Numbered from the stretch's first letter, positions 10,968 through 20,257 are shown. The stretch: DNA of 64,000 nt from Bythopirellula sp. (GCA_965216565.1 OZ244170.1:3584001-3648000), one strand, 5' to 3'. Program-made: numbers and translations. The notes: a model not told the origin generated them from the sequence alone.

Positions 10968-11017
10968 AAAAAAAGACTCATTACGAAGCTTTCTACCCGC
11001 GAGAAAACTTCATACCA
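10968..11017 (-). terminator. Putative terminator/expression platform downstream of the cobalamin riboswitch
   Basis: Minus strand ATGAAGTTTTCT-CGCGGGT-AGAAAGCTTCGT hairpin, followed shortly by a T7 run. Confidence 0.5.
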
Positions 11018-11018
11018 A

Positions 11019-11205
11019 GCGTTGGTAGGTCTTCTGACTCCCAAACTCAAGCCTGGCAATGCCTTCTCGGTCGCCGAGGCGGCCAATGGCTGAAGAAATG
11101 CCTTGCTTGAAGTCGTTTGGTCACAGCGGCGGGGCCGTCCCGGATTCGCACCGGAGTTCCCTGTTTCGTCGGTCGAAGAGCAATCTTTCGACCGACCACC
11201 AACGC
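11019..11205 (-). ncRNA. Cobalamin (B12) riboswitch
   Basis: Minus strand: P1 GCGTTGGT/ACCAACGC, AACAGGGAA, CCGGTGCGAATCCGG, CCCCGCCGCTGTG and B12-box AGTCAGAAGACCT. Confidence 0.93.
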
Positions 11206-11346
11206 ACGTTCAATGCGAAAGCTGTTATAGGCCTGTCATTTCTAATTGTCAAACCCCACCAACTCCGGCTAAAACTTGTTGCTCCCCCCTCTGCGAGCTA
11301 GAATCGAGTATTGAGCTGGGTTGGGGAACCTCGAGAGGATGCACCT

Positions 11347-11892
11347 GTGCCAGAAACTGCGCAGTCTTTTGCTCAACTTTGGCTTCGCGATTACGGAGAC
11401 AAACTGTACGCCTACGCGCTGAGTCGCGTTGGCGGTGATCGTGCGTTGGCCGAAGATTTGGTGCAAGAAACGCTGCTAGCCGGGCTCAAAGGGTTTGCAA
11501 ATTTTGCCGAGCAGTCGACCATCGAAACTTGGTTGTTCAGTATTCTGCGACGCAAAATTATCGATCACTATCGTCAGCGCGGCCGCCGTGGCAAAGAGTT
11601 TGCCTATGAAGACTACTTTTCCGAGCACGGCAGTATCAAGCATTTAGGCGATTGGCGGTACGATGCCGAGCAATTACTGCAGAACCAGGAGTTTCTGGAA
11701 GCTGTCCATGGATGCCTGCAAAACCTAAGTGAACCGCTGGCCGAGGCGTTCTCCTCCAGTGTGATTGACGGACTCGAAACCGAAGAGGCTTGTAAGCGTT
11801 TGGATATTACACCGACTAATCTATCGGTCCGATTACATCGAGCTCGGCTTGCGGTGCGTCGATGCCTAGAAATCAAGTGGTTTGAGGAATAA
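11347..11892 (+). CDS. ECF sigma-70 factor
   Basis: AEDLVQETLL, TWLFSILRRKIIDHYR and NLSVRLHRARL motifs; GTG start inferred. Confidence 0.92.
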   Translation: MPETAQSFAQLWLRDYGDKLYAYALSRVGGDRALAEDLVQETLLAGLKGFANFAEQSTIETWLFSILRRKIIDHYRQRGRRGKEFAYEDYFSEHGSIKHLGDWRYDAEQLLQNQEFLEAVHGCLQNLSEPLAEAFSSSVIDGLETEEACKRLDITPTNLSVRLHRARLAVRRCLEIKWFEE

Positions 11893-11896
11893 CTGG

Positions 11897-12175
11897 ATGT
11901 CTGTTTGGCGTGCCATAGTGATGTTGCTGACGCTTAAATGCGATCACGCTACACACTTGGTTTCCGACAGTTTCGAGCGCGATCTCACCGCCGTCGAGCG
12001 CTGGGCCCTCAAACTCCATCAGCTGAGCTGCAAATACTGTCGACGACTAGCCAAGCAACTTGAACTCATTCACTCCGCTGCCCGCACCACCGCAGCACCG
12101 GCCGGAGAATTGCCGGCGGAGGCCCGCGATCGTATCGCCGCTGCCATTTCCAGCTCAGAAGAGAAAAACAGCTAG
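11897..12175 (+). CDS. zf-HC2 (ZAS) anti-sigma factor
   Basis: C...HQLSCKYC (HxxxCxxC) directly downstream of the ECF sigma gene. Confidence 0.85.
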   Translation: MSVWRAIVMLLTLKCDHATHLVSDSFERDLTAVERWALKLHQLSCKYCRRLAKQLELIHSAARTTAAPAGELPAEARDRIAAAISSSEEKNS

Positions 12176-12495
12176 TCCAACGCAGCTAGCAGGACCACTC
12201 TCATTTTTTCTCAGATTTCTTGTAGTCGTTCGCTCTCAACCACGACTAACAGTTCAATCGCACCCAAATAGTCACTCATGCTGACTACAGTTCGGGGCCG
12301 GAACACGGAACTTTCTTCGAGAGCTAGTGATACCTAAACAACTATTCTAATCGTCCTGGAACAATACATCTTGGCCTGGGCTCAACCCACGCTGACGACG
12401 CTCGACCAGACGAACTAGTCCGACCCTTTTTCAAAATCACCTTTATTTTCTGCGCGAAATGTACGCGCCCACCACACCCTGAGGAGCACCCACTT

Positions 12496-13335
12496 ATGTT
12501 ACGAACCAACCTAATCGCTACCGTCCTTACGCTGGCAGTCCTATCCGCTAACGCCAACGCACAATTGGCGTCGACCGACGTCCCTTCCACTCCCACCGAT
12601 ATCCAGGTCACCGTCACTAACGAAGGCAATTCCGATTTCACGCTCACGCCGCTTTGGTTTGCATTCCAGAATGGTGGCTTCGATCTATTCAACACGGGCG
12701 CCGCACCGTCGCCTGGATTGGAACTGATTGCCGAAGATGGCGATGTCGCAGTACTCACCTCTGAGTTCGATGCCGCCGGCCAACCTGGGAATCGGCAAGG
12801 TGCGGTGTTTGCCCCCGGTGGATTCGGCGGAGCTCCAGTGATCGAGCCCGGCGAAACTGGCACGGCTTACATTACGCCCATCAATCCCAGCAACTATCAG
12901 TTCTTCAGCTTTGCTTCGATGATCATTCCTTCCAACGACACATTCATCGGCAACGAGAGTCCCACGCAGTATCAGGTGTTCACCCCTGGCGGTGACATTA
13001 ATGATCCTTCCGGAACGTTTACGATTCAGATTTTTGGAAACGATCTGCTCGATGCGGGAACGGAAGAAAACAATGCGATGGGAGCAGCATTTTCCACCGA
13101 GGGAGGCAGCCCCACCGACACGACTGACGGCATTGGACCGGCCGGCGACTTGAACGAGTTCTTGAATACGGGAACACCTTCAGGGCTCACCATCACCGAT
13201 TTCATTGCACCTGGAGAACTCGTAGCCACAATTACGATCTCGCAGTTACCAGAACCTTCGACGGTCACACTCGCGATGCTTTCCCTCGGTGGAATCATCG
13301 TGAGAAGAAAGAGGTCGCTTCACACAGCATCATAG
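12496..13335 (+). CDS. Spondin-domain PEP-CTERM protein
   Basis: LTPLW, SPGLELIAEDG, ASMIIPSNDTF and LDAGTEEN motifs; LPEP + TM + RRKR. Confidence 0.85.
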   Translation: MLRTNLIATVLTLAVLSANANAQLASTDVPSTPTDIQVTVTNEGNSDFTLTPLWFAFQNGGFDLFNTGAAPSPGLELIAEDGDVAVLTSEFDAAGQPGNRQGAVFAPGGFGGAPVIEPGETGTAYITPINPSNYQFFSFASMIIPSNDTFIGNESPTQYQVFTPGGDINDPSGTFTIQIFGNDLLDAGTEENNAMGAAFSTEGGSPTDTTDGIGPAGDLNEFLNTGTPSGLTITDFIAPGELVATITISQLPEPSTVTLAMLSLGGIIVRRKRSLHTAS

Positions 13336-14400
13336 AGCACTACGACCTAGTGAGAGTGGCGGAACACGACTCCCCCCAGTTCCGCACGTGTGAAGCTTGG
13401 GCGACCGGTCCCCCACCGGTCGCCCTTTTTTTGTGCGTAGTTGCAATGCGACGACCAAAGATAGAAATATCGCAAAAGTCGATGGCTCGGGGACCACCTG
13501 GTCAGCGGCGAAGTTTGATACAAAGCCGTAGTTGTTTTCCCACAAAGCAAGATCGCCCGTAGTGTAGAGCGACGGAAACCCACTTTGCCACTCGAGAAAA
13601 TCTAGTCCGTCCACGTTGCCACTAAAGTCGAAGTCTCCATCAATCGCGGGACTGGCATCGAGTCGCACGTCGTCGAAGTCGACTTCCTGATCTGAATTCG
13701 TATAGTTGGGATCCTCTTCATTGAGATGGACGAGCAAGATGCCCAGCGATTCGTTCATCTGGGGATGGCTTGCTCCCGTGGTGAATGTCACTGTACTGGT
13801 AGCGAATTCACCATCAGGGATCAAACCAGCAAGTGTATTGTCATCTTCTTCGAGCATCATGCCCCCCGCTTGCAGTTCCACACGGTATCCCGTGAAGCCT
13901 TCTAGTGGAAAAAACTGTCCGCTCATGGCTGTGGCGGAATCAATGTTACCAATGCCAACTTCAAGCGTATAAGTGGTGTAAGGCTGAAGCGTTGCAGCTA
14001 GTTCTTGATAGAACCCATACTCATGTCCCTCGCTGCCATCGAAATTAAATGCAATGCCGACTCGCTGACCTTCTGGTGCACCTGCTGGAAAGTTAGCAAA
14101 CACTCCGGGATTCCCGATGGGATCTGGTTCAAACGGAGTCAACGTTCCGATGAAATAGGTGGGCCCATCTCCCTGGCTTGTCACGTCATTGGGGTCGTAC
14201 AGATCCCAGCCGTTGAGCTCGCCGAACGTGAACTCATTGACAACATTTTCACCGGTGATGTCTTCAAAGCCCGGATTCGTGACGGCCACCGGCGCTGCCC
14301 ATCCAGGAAGAGCGAACAGCAAACACACAACAGCTAAAACAGTGGCAATACACTTCGAGGAGCAATTCATAACCCGCCTGCAATTCAATACAGAGTTCAT
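13330..14400 (-). CDS. PEP-CTERM protein with a Stig-cyclase (HpiC1/FamC1)-like domain
   Basis: NPGFE, GW..YDP, APEG.RV, LQP.T.YTL.V.IGN, GF.GYRVEL.AG and VDFDDVRL motifs; dockerin-like repeat; VPEP. Confidence 0.7.
   Translation of the reverse strand: MNSVLNCRRVMNCSSKCIATVLAVVCLLFALPGWAAPVAVTNPGFEDITGENVVNEFTFGELNGWDLYDPNDVTSQGDGPTYFIGTLTPFEPDPIGNPGVFANFPAGAPEGQRVGIAFNFDGSEGHEYGFYQELAATLQPYTTYTLEVGIGNIDSATAMSGQFFPLEGFTGYRVELQAGGMMLEEDDNTLAGLIPDGEFATSTVTFTTGASHPQMNESLGILLVHLNEEDPNYTNSDQEVDFDDVRLDASPAIDGDFDFSGNVDGLDFLEWQSGFPSLYTTGDLALWENNYGFVSNFAADQVVPEPSTFAIFLSLVVALQLRTKKGRPVGDRSPKLHTCGTGGSRVPPLSLGRSAL
13399..13432 (+). terminator. Intrinsic terminator after the spondin gene
   Basis: GGGCGACCGGT-CCCCC-ACCGGTCGCCC followed by T7. 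Confidence 0.8.
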
Positions 14401-14445
14401 GGCTTCAATTCGATTCTAAGTGGACATCACGCGAATGAACAGCAA

Positions 14446-15504
14446 TTACACAGCAAAATCAGTCACTTGCTGCGCCGCACGCAGACGCCGGTTCTCCTGT
14501 CGCACCAGTTGCCCACAAGCCGCTGCAATATCCGCCCCCAGCGAATAGCGAATCGTCGTACTCAGGCCGTCCTGCTTCAGCACCCCAGCAAACGCGTCGC
14601 GCACCTCTCGATCGCTGCCCACCAGTTCCGGGGCATCCTCGATCGGATTGTAAGGAATCAGATTCACGTGGACATCGAGACCTCGGAGCCAAGCGGCAAG
14701 CTCCCGAGCATCCTCCAAAGTGTCGTTCATCCCCGCCAACATGAGATACTCGATCATTACCGGCTTGCCTTGCAACTTGTTGAGCTGAACTAACGCCGAC
14801 CGCAGTTCTGATAATTGATATTGCCTGGCAAGGGGAATCAATCGCTCCCGCGTTGTTTGATTCACGCTGTGTAAACTCAGTGCCAGGTTAACCTCGGGAA
14901 AGCGGCGCACGCAGCGAATCATTGCCTCAGGTATCCCAACCGTGGAAACCAAGATTTTCGCGGGCGAATGGTGAAACATCTCTGCAGCCGTCAGCAACTC
15001 AAGAGCTTCGTACAAATTTTCTTCGTTGTGGAACGGTTCGCCCATGCCCATGAAGACAATATTCCGCACACGGCGTTGTTCCTCAGCCAGTAGCTGCCCA
15101 GCTTGCAAAACTTGATCGGCGATTTCCGGCGCGGAAAGATTCTGAGCAATGCCCATTTTGCCAGTTGCACAAAACTCGCATGCCGCAGCGCAACCCACCT
15201 GACTCGAAACACACAGCGTCGTGCGGCCGGTCGCGATACGAAGAATCACCGACTCGATAAGCAACCCCTGCCCGGTGCGGAACAGCAGCTTACTAGCGCC
15301 ATCCAATTCCGAGTCGACTTGAGAATGGAGCTCCAAAGGATGCAAGGCAAGTCGCTCAGCCGCGGGAAAATCCGCCAGGGCCACTTCGTCTTGCTGAAAT
15401 CGCTTGAGCAGCGCCGCCCGCAATTGCTTAATGCGCTGCGGATCGATTTTCAATTCGCGATGTAGCTTTTCAAGCTCGGCAGTGTGGTAGATGCTAACTG
15501 ACAA
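14446..15504 (-). CDS. rlmN: 23S rRNA/tRNA m2A methyltransferase RlmN family (radical SAM)
   Basis: CVSSQVGCAAACEFCATG, FMGMGEP, LSLH, NLIPYN and DIAAACGQL motifs; TTG start overlapping the epmB stop. Confidence 0.9.
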   Translation of the reverse strand: MSVSIYHTAELEKLHRELKIDPQRIKQLRAALLKRFQQDEVALADFPAAERLALHPLELHSQVDSELDGASKLLFRTGQGLLIESVILRIATGRTTLCVSSQVGCAAACEFCATGKMGIAQNLSAPEIADQVLQAGQLLAEEQRRVRNIVFMGMGEPFHNEENLYEALELLTAAEMFHHSPAKILVSTVGIPEAMIRCVRRFPEVNLALSLHSVNQTTRERLIPLARQYQLSELRSALVQLNKLQGKPVMIEYLMLAGMNDTLEDARELAAWLRGLDVHVNLIPYNPIEDAPELVGSDREVRDAFAGVLKQDGLSTTIRYSLGADIAAACGQLVRQENRRLRAAQQVTDFAV

Positions 15505-16525
15505 TGGTCTTGCTCGCCTCGCCGGGCAGTTCTTGCACATATCGCGGCACCATGTAGCCCGGCAGTTCGCTACGCAGTTGCTGTACGATTCGTTTCCCTT
15601 CGCTCAGAGGAACCTCAAAATGTGCGGCGCCCGTCACCCGGTCCAACTGATGTAGATAGTAAGGCAACACATCAATTTCTATGAGCCGTCGGCTCAACTC
15701 CGCTTGCGTTTCTACGGAGTCGTTCACACCACGTAACAGTACCGCTTGATTGAGCAACATGACCCCCGCAGCGCGGAGACGCCCGAGCGCACTGGCAACC
15801 TGGCCGTCAAGCTCCTGAGCATGATTCGCATGAACCACCACAATCGGCTTGAGCCGCGACTGCGTCAGCCAGGCCATCATCTCCTCAGTCACACGCGCAG
15901 GAACAACAATCGGCAATCGGGTATGGACACGCAACAGACGAACATGCTCAATGGCTTCGATGCATGCAACCAATCGCGACAGCTTCTCGTCGACCAACAT
16001 CAGCGGATCGCCACCACTGAGGATCACTTCGTGGATGGTGTCGTCATCGGCAATGGCCTGCAATGCACTATCCCAGGCCGTGTCGCTATGAGGAATGTCG
16101 TGATAGGGAAAATGTCGTCGGAAGCAATAACGACAATGCACTGCGCACGCGCCAGTTGTAACGAGCAAAGCGCGGCTAGCGTACTTCTTCAGCACACCGG
16201 CTTCGAGTTGAGCCTCCGCATCGCCTACCGGATCGGAGACATAGTCTAGCTCCGGATTCGATTCGCTAGCCAGCGGCAGCACCTGTCGCAACAGAGGATC
16301 ATTTGGATCGCCCACCTGTATTCGGGCCAGGTACGAGGGCGGCACAAAAACGGGAAAATCTGCGGCCCCACCCGCGCCAGCCCCAGCCAATTCCGGCGGC
16401 AGTTCCAGTAACCGGCACAGAGTCGGGGCATCCCGCACGGCGGCTTTTAGCTCGTTCTGCCAAGGCATTGACGCCTGCACAGATTCGGCGCCGACAACAC
16501 TCCCATTACTCGCTAAAATGCTCAT
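15494..16525 (-). CDS. epmB: EF-P beta-lysylation protein (lysine 2,3-aminomutase)
   Basis: CAVHCRYCFRRHFPY, SGGDPL, HTRLP and NQAVLLRGVND motifs; divergent from efp. Confidence 0.92.
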   Translation of the reverse strand: MSILASNGSVVGAESVQASMPWQNELKAAVRDAPTLCRLLELPPELAGAGAGGAADFPVFVPPSYLARIQVGDPNDPLLRQVLPLASESNPELDYVSDPVGDAEAQLEAGVLKKYASRALLVTTGACAVHCRYCFRRHFPYHDIPHSDTAWDSALQAIADDDTIHEVILSGGDPLMLVDEKLSRLVACIEAIEHVRLLRVHTRLPIVVPARVTEEMMAWLTQSRLKPIVVVHANHAQELDGQVASALGRLRAAGVMLLNQAVLLRGVNDSVETQAELSRRLIEIDVLPYYLHQLDRVTGAAHFEVPLSEGKRIVQQLRSELPGYMVPRYVQELPGEASKTIVS

Positions 16526-16580
16526 TTTGATATTCTAAACAAACCCCACTCATACGCACAGTCTTACGGAAAGATCACCA

Positions 16581-17162
16581 GTGGCAACATATAGTACCAA
16601 CGAATTTAAGAAGGGGCTGAAGATTCAGATCGATGGCGTACCATACCAAATGATCGAGATGAACTTCCGCAAGCCCGGCAAAGGAACTGCGCTCTACGAG
16701 TGCAAATTGAAAAATCTCATTCGCGGCACCGTCACCGACCGCACTTACCGCGCCGGCCAAACCCTGGAAGCGGCCGACGTCTCGGAGTTCACCGCCCAGT
16801 ACCTCTACCGTCAGGGCGAGGGCTTCGTCTTCATGAACAATTCCGATTACGAGCAATACGAGCTCTCCGCCGAGCAGGTTGGCGACGGCGCCGGTTTTCT
16901 GAAAGAAGGCATGGACTGCCAACTCGTCATCTACAACAACAACCCGATTGGCGTCACACTACCCAACCACGTCATTCTCCAAGTGACCTACTGCGAGCCT
17001 GCCGTCAAAGGCAACACGGCCACAAACGTCACCAAGCCTGTCCAACTAGAGACGGGCGCCGAAATCCTCGCCCCCGCCTTCATCAACAACGGCGACTGGC
17101 TCCGCGTCGATACCCGCACGCAGGAATACGTGGAACGGACGAAAGAGCCCGAGGGTGATTGA
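16581..17162 (+). CDS. efp: Elongation factor P
   Basis: KPGKG, KGNTAT, LETGA and VDTR...YVER motifs. Confidence 0.96.
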   Translation: MATYSTNEFKKGLKIQIDGVPYQMIEMNFRKPGKGTALYECKLKNLIRGTVTDRTYRAGQTLEAADVSEFTAQYLYRQGEGFVFMNNSDYEQYELSAEQVGDGAGFLKEGMDCQLVIYNNNPIGVTLPNHVILQVTYCEPAVKGNTATNVTKPVQLETGAEILAPAFINNGDWLRVDTRTQEYVERTKEPEGD

Positions 17163-17170
17163 GTCTTTGT

Positions 17171-17403
17171 CAACGCAGAGCACACGGAGAAGCAGAGGGC
17201 CGCGGAGAAGTTAAACTACTACAACATCGACTGACTGGTTTGCCGTGGATATGAATTTATCTATTTTGGTTTGAGATTGCTCCAAAGATAACTTCTGAGA
17301 ATTATCTTGTGGATCCTGCCAATCCCGTCATCCTGTCTAACAAACTCTCATTCTTATTTTGAAATTCTCCGCGACCCTCTGCTTCTCCGCGCACTCTGCG
17401 TTG
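17171..17403. repeat. 39-bp inverted repeat pair built from 9-nt-periodic units (REP/MITE-like)
   Basis: 17171-17209 CAACGCAGAGCACACGGAGAAGCAGAGGGCCGCGGAGAA matches the reverse complement of 17365-17403 at 35/39 positions. Confidence 0.85.
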
Positions 17404-18712
17404 AATCCCCTTCAAACCGAACAATAAGACTCCGCAAGCGCCGTCGGTAACTGTAGTGCTCCACTTCTAGCAAGTGACGCGAGGTATCGAGATAGCGAAT
17501 GCCGCCGCTTGTGGTTTCGCCATTTTTCCGTTTCAACTCCTGAAACCATTTGAAATCCTGGGCGGGCTGGTCGAGTGACTGCAGATAGCGCGTGATGAGC
17601 TGGGCCTGATAGTCAACCAACCCCCATTGTCCACTGTCTGGTTGAATCAGCCCGGCACAGAATAGATCGTCCCGCTCCGGATGAAACACATTGAGAAACA
17701 ATTGCGGCTTGCCGTCGCTCCAGTTTAGGTGCTTCTGGTCGATAAACGGAAAACTGATTTGAAAACCGGTGGCAAACACAATCAAATCGACTTCGGCCTC
17801 AGTACCATCGACAAACTTGACCGTCTGTCCTTCGAAACGCTCAATGTCGGGGCGTGCCGCCAAATCGCCATGGCCGAGATAATAGTGCATTTGCGAATTG
17901 ATGATCGGATGGCTCTCGAACAGCTTATGATCCGGCTTGGGTAGCCCAACTTGTTCGGCACTGCCCAGTGTCCATCGCACAACCATCCGAGCCCCAAATC
18001 GACGCAGCCATAACGGCATCCGCCAGCGCAGCCAACGTTCGTTGAATTGATCGATGGGCATCCCTTTGAAAAACTTGGGGAGCACGTGATAGCCACGCCG
18101 CAAGCTGATGAGTGCCTCCTCAGCATGAACTGCCGCGTCCACCGCGATGTCGCAACCACTGTTGCCACCGCCCACCACCAGCACCCGCTTGCCCTGCATG
18201 ACGTCTGGCGTTTTGTATTCCCCAGAGTGCAACACATCACCCGTGAACTCACCGGGGTACTCCGGACGATTTGGGTGCCAGTTGTGGCCGTTGGCGATGA
18301 TGACACCCCGATAGCTACGCTGACAACCATCGGTTAGGGTCACTTGCCAGCCGCCAGTGACTGGTTCCATGCGGTCGACCGCGACACCGAATTCAATGTG
18401 TTCGTAAAGCTTAAACTCGCGTGCGTAACTGTGCAGATACTCAAGCACCTGCTCGTGGCTGGGGAATTCCGGATAGTCCGTCGGCATCGGAAAGTCGGGG
18501 TACTCAGTCAGTCGCTTCGAAGAGATGAGATGGGTCGAAGCGTAGACGCTGCTATGAGGTTTTCCGAAATTCCAATTCCCGCCGAGGTCATCCTCGCGTT
18601 CCAGGCAATCAAAAGGAATTCCTGCCTGGAGAAAATTCTTAGCCACTGCCAGCCCAGACGTACCCGCACCCACTATGCAGTAGCGTTCGGTGGAGGAATT
18701 GGGAGCGATCAC
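17354..18712 (-). CDS. Flavin-containing monooxygenase (FMO-like)
   Basis: IVGAGTSG, FTGDVLHSGEYK (FxGxxxHxxxY), VVGGGNSG and FATGF motifs. Confidence 0.9.
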   Translation of the reverse strand: MIAPNSSTERYCIVGAGTSGLAVAKNFLQAGIPFDCLEREDDLGGNWNFGKPHSSVYASTHLISSKRLTEYPDFPMPTDYPEFPSHEQVLEYLHSYAREFKLYEHIEFGVAVDRMEPVTGGWQVTLTDGCQRSYRGVIIANGHNWHPNRPEYPGEFTGDVLHSGEYKTPDVMQGKRVLVVGGGNSGCDIAVDAAVHAEEALISLRRGYHVLPKFFKGMPIDQFNERWLRWRMPLWLRRFGARMVVRWTLGSAEQVGLPKPDHKLFESHPIINSQMHYYLGHGDLAARPDIERFEGQTVKFVDGTEAEVDLIVFATGFQISFPFIDQKHLNWSDGKPQLFLNVFHPERDDLFCAGLIQPDSGQWGLVDYQAQLITRYLQSLDQPAQDFKWFQELKRKNGETTSGGIRYLDTSRHLLEVEHYSYRRRLRSLIVRFEGDSTQSARRSRGSRRISK

Positions 18713-18866
18713 AGCGGCACTGTTCTAGGCAGGATTCTTCGGGTAATCCCCGATTTTTCCCGACCCACTGCTACATAGCAATGCCCCGCCCTTGACTACT
18801 TTACCCAAATAGTGTACGTCTGTATATATTCTCACTATTTAGCAGTAAACCCTCCCCGCCATCATT

Positions 18867-19400
18867 ATGCCCGCAATCCCCGTGTTGACCCATGATCTGC
18901 GAACATTGCATGGGGCCAACGTGCGACGGCTCATGGCCCGACTGAATCTGACACTGCAAGACGTAGTCGAGGCCTCGGATCTCGACGAAAGGACCGTGCG
19001 CAGCATTCTGCAAGGCGTCACACGACCCCATGCCCGTACGCTCCACAAACTAGCCACAGGCCTGGGAGTTGAGGCAGACGAGCTATTTCAGGATCTATCG
19101 CACACCCATCGAGCTTCCTTCGACCGGGCTACCAATCCCGCTGTTTCGGCGGCAATCGATGCCGATCCCCAGCGGTTCGCAGACTGGACCCCCGCCGAGT
19201 TTGAAGAACTATTCAGCCGCATGGCGGTGGGAGGCGAACTGACCGAAGAGGGCGTCCTCACCTCGGCCGAGGCGATTAATTCGCGTCGTCAATTGATGAG
19301 CCAGATAGCTGTGATTCTAGAAAGCGGCGAAGCCGATCACCTGCGCGAGTTTGTCGCCATGCTCTATCATCGCGTGACAGATGTCAGCCATCTCACGTAG
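18867..19400 (+). CDS. XRE-family helix-turn-helix regulator, convergent with the capsid cluster
   Basis: NVRRLM...LTLQDVVEASDLDERTVRSILQG..RPHARTLHKLA.GLGV. Confidence 0.85.
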   Translation: MPAIPVLTHDLRTLHGANVRRLMARLNLTLQDVVEASDLDERTVRSILQGVTRPHARTLHKLATGLGVEADELFQDLSHTHRASFDRATNPAVSAAIDADPQRFADWTPAEFEELFSRMAVGGELTEEGVLTSAEAINSRRQLMSQIAVILESGEADHLREFVAMLYHRVTDVSHLT

Positions 19401-20040
19401 AAACGCGCACTACTTTGGCGATGGGTAACTTGTCGATCCGCGCTGCCTGCTCGATCGATTCCAACCGATAGATTGCGCCATCGGAACCGACGAAGCGATC
19501 GTCCGACTCCACAGGAAACTGCTCTCCCATGACAATTGTAAACCGCTCGATAGCGGTGGGAGCATTGGAGGTGTCGCTCACCGTAGTTTCATCCGGCTGA
19601 ATTCGCACTGGCATCGCAGTATAGACATCGTCCCAACTAGTGATCTCAGGCCCCTGGCCCAAGTCTTGCCAAACGGCCCGCTGTACGTCTACAGAATCGT
19701 CGCAGCCCAAGGCAACGCGCAGTTCCCGCGTTTCGCACTTCAATCGGCCTAGCAGCGAATGCTGGTCCACTGCCAACACAGTCCACTGAGAATCGTCGGC
19801 ATCGATGATGATGTCCCCCAGTTCCAACCGTGTTCCAGCATCCGGCAATTCCAAATACCACACGGCATCCGATTGAACACTCGTACCACCACTCGGCTCA
19901 GCTTCACTCGAAATCTGCTCTCGACGCAGCGAGGTAAGACCGGCCACGAGCGATCCTGACTCGCGCTTACGCAGGGACACGGTTTCCAAACCATCTACCG
20001 AAGTTACAAAATCTTGGCTAGGATCAAACTCAATGCTCAT
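19393..20040 (-). CDS. Putative head-closure/head-tail joining protein (two similar beta domains)
   Basis: Last gene of the head operon; two halves ending GDIIIDADDSQWTVLAV and DDRFVGSDGAIYRLESI. Confidence 0.5.
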   Translation of the reverse strand: MSIEFDPSQDFVTSVDGLETVSLRKRESGSLVAGLTSLRREQISSEAEPSGGTSVQSDAVWYLELPDAGTRLELGDIIIDADDSQWTVLAVDQHSLLGRLKCETRELRVALGCDDSVDVQRAVWQDLGQGPEITSWDDVYTAMPVRIQPDETTVSDTSNAPTAIERFTIVMGEQFPVESDDRFVGSDGAIYRLESIEQAARIDKLPIAKVVRVST

Positions 20041-20255
20041 CCGGTAGTTCCTTCCGACCTAATTTCAAAAGGATCGCAATCAAGCAACTTGCGATCGCAC
20101 CAATCGACGGTGCGCTGTAGCGACTCGACATAGTCAACCCAGGCAACACTTTGGCCATCAATCGAATAAGTAGGTTTGGGACTGGCTCGTAGCTCTTCGA
20201 GCTGCGTCAGCGTCTGAGCTCGAATTGTGGAAATCTGCTCGGTTTCGCTCGACAT
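20037..20255 (-). CDS. Putative head-completion adaptor (gpW-like)
   Basis: Small helical protein with a KPTYSIDGQSV.W hairpin motif, downstream of the capsid gene. Confidence 0.55.
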   Translation of the reverse strand: MSSETEQISTIRAQTLTQLEELRASPKPTYSIDGQSVAWVDYVESLQRTVDWCDRKLLDCDPFEIRSEGTTG

Positions 20256-20257
20256 GG

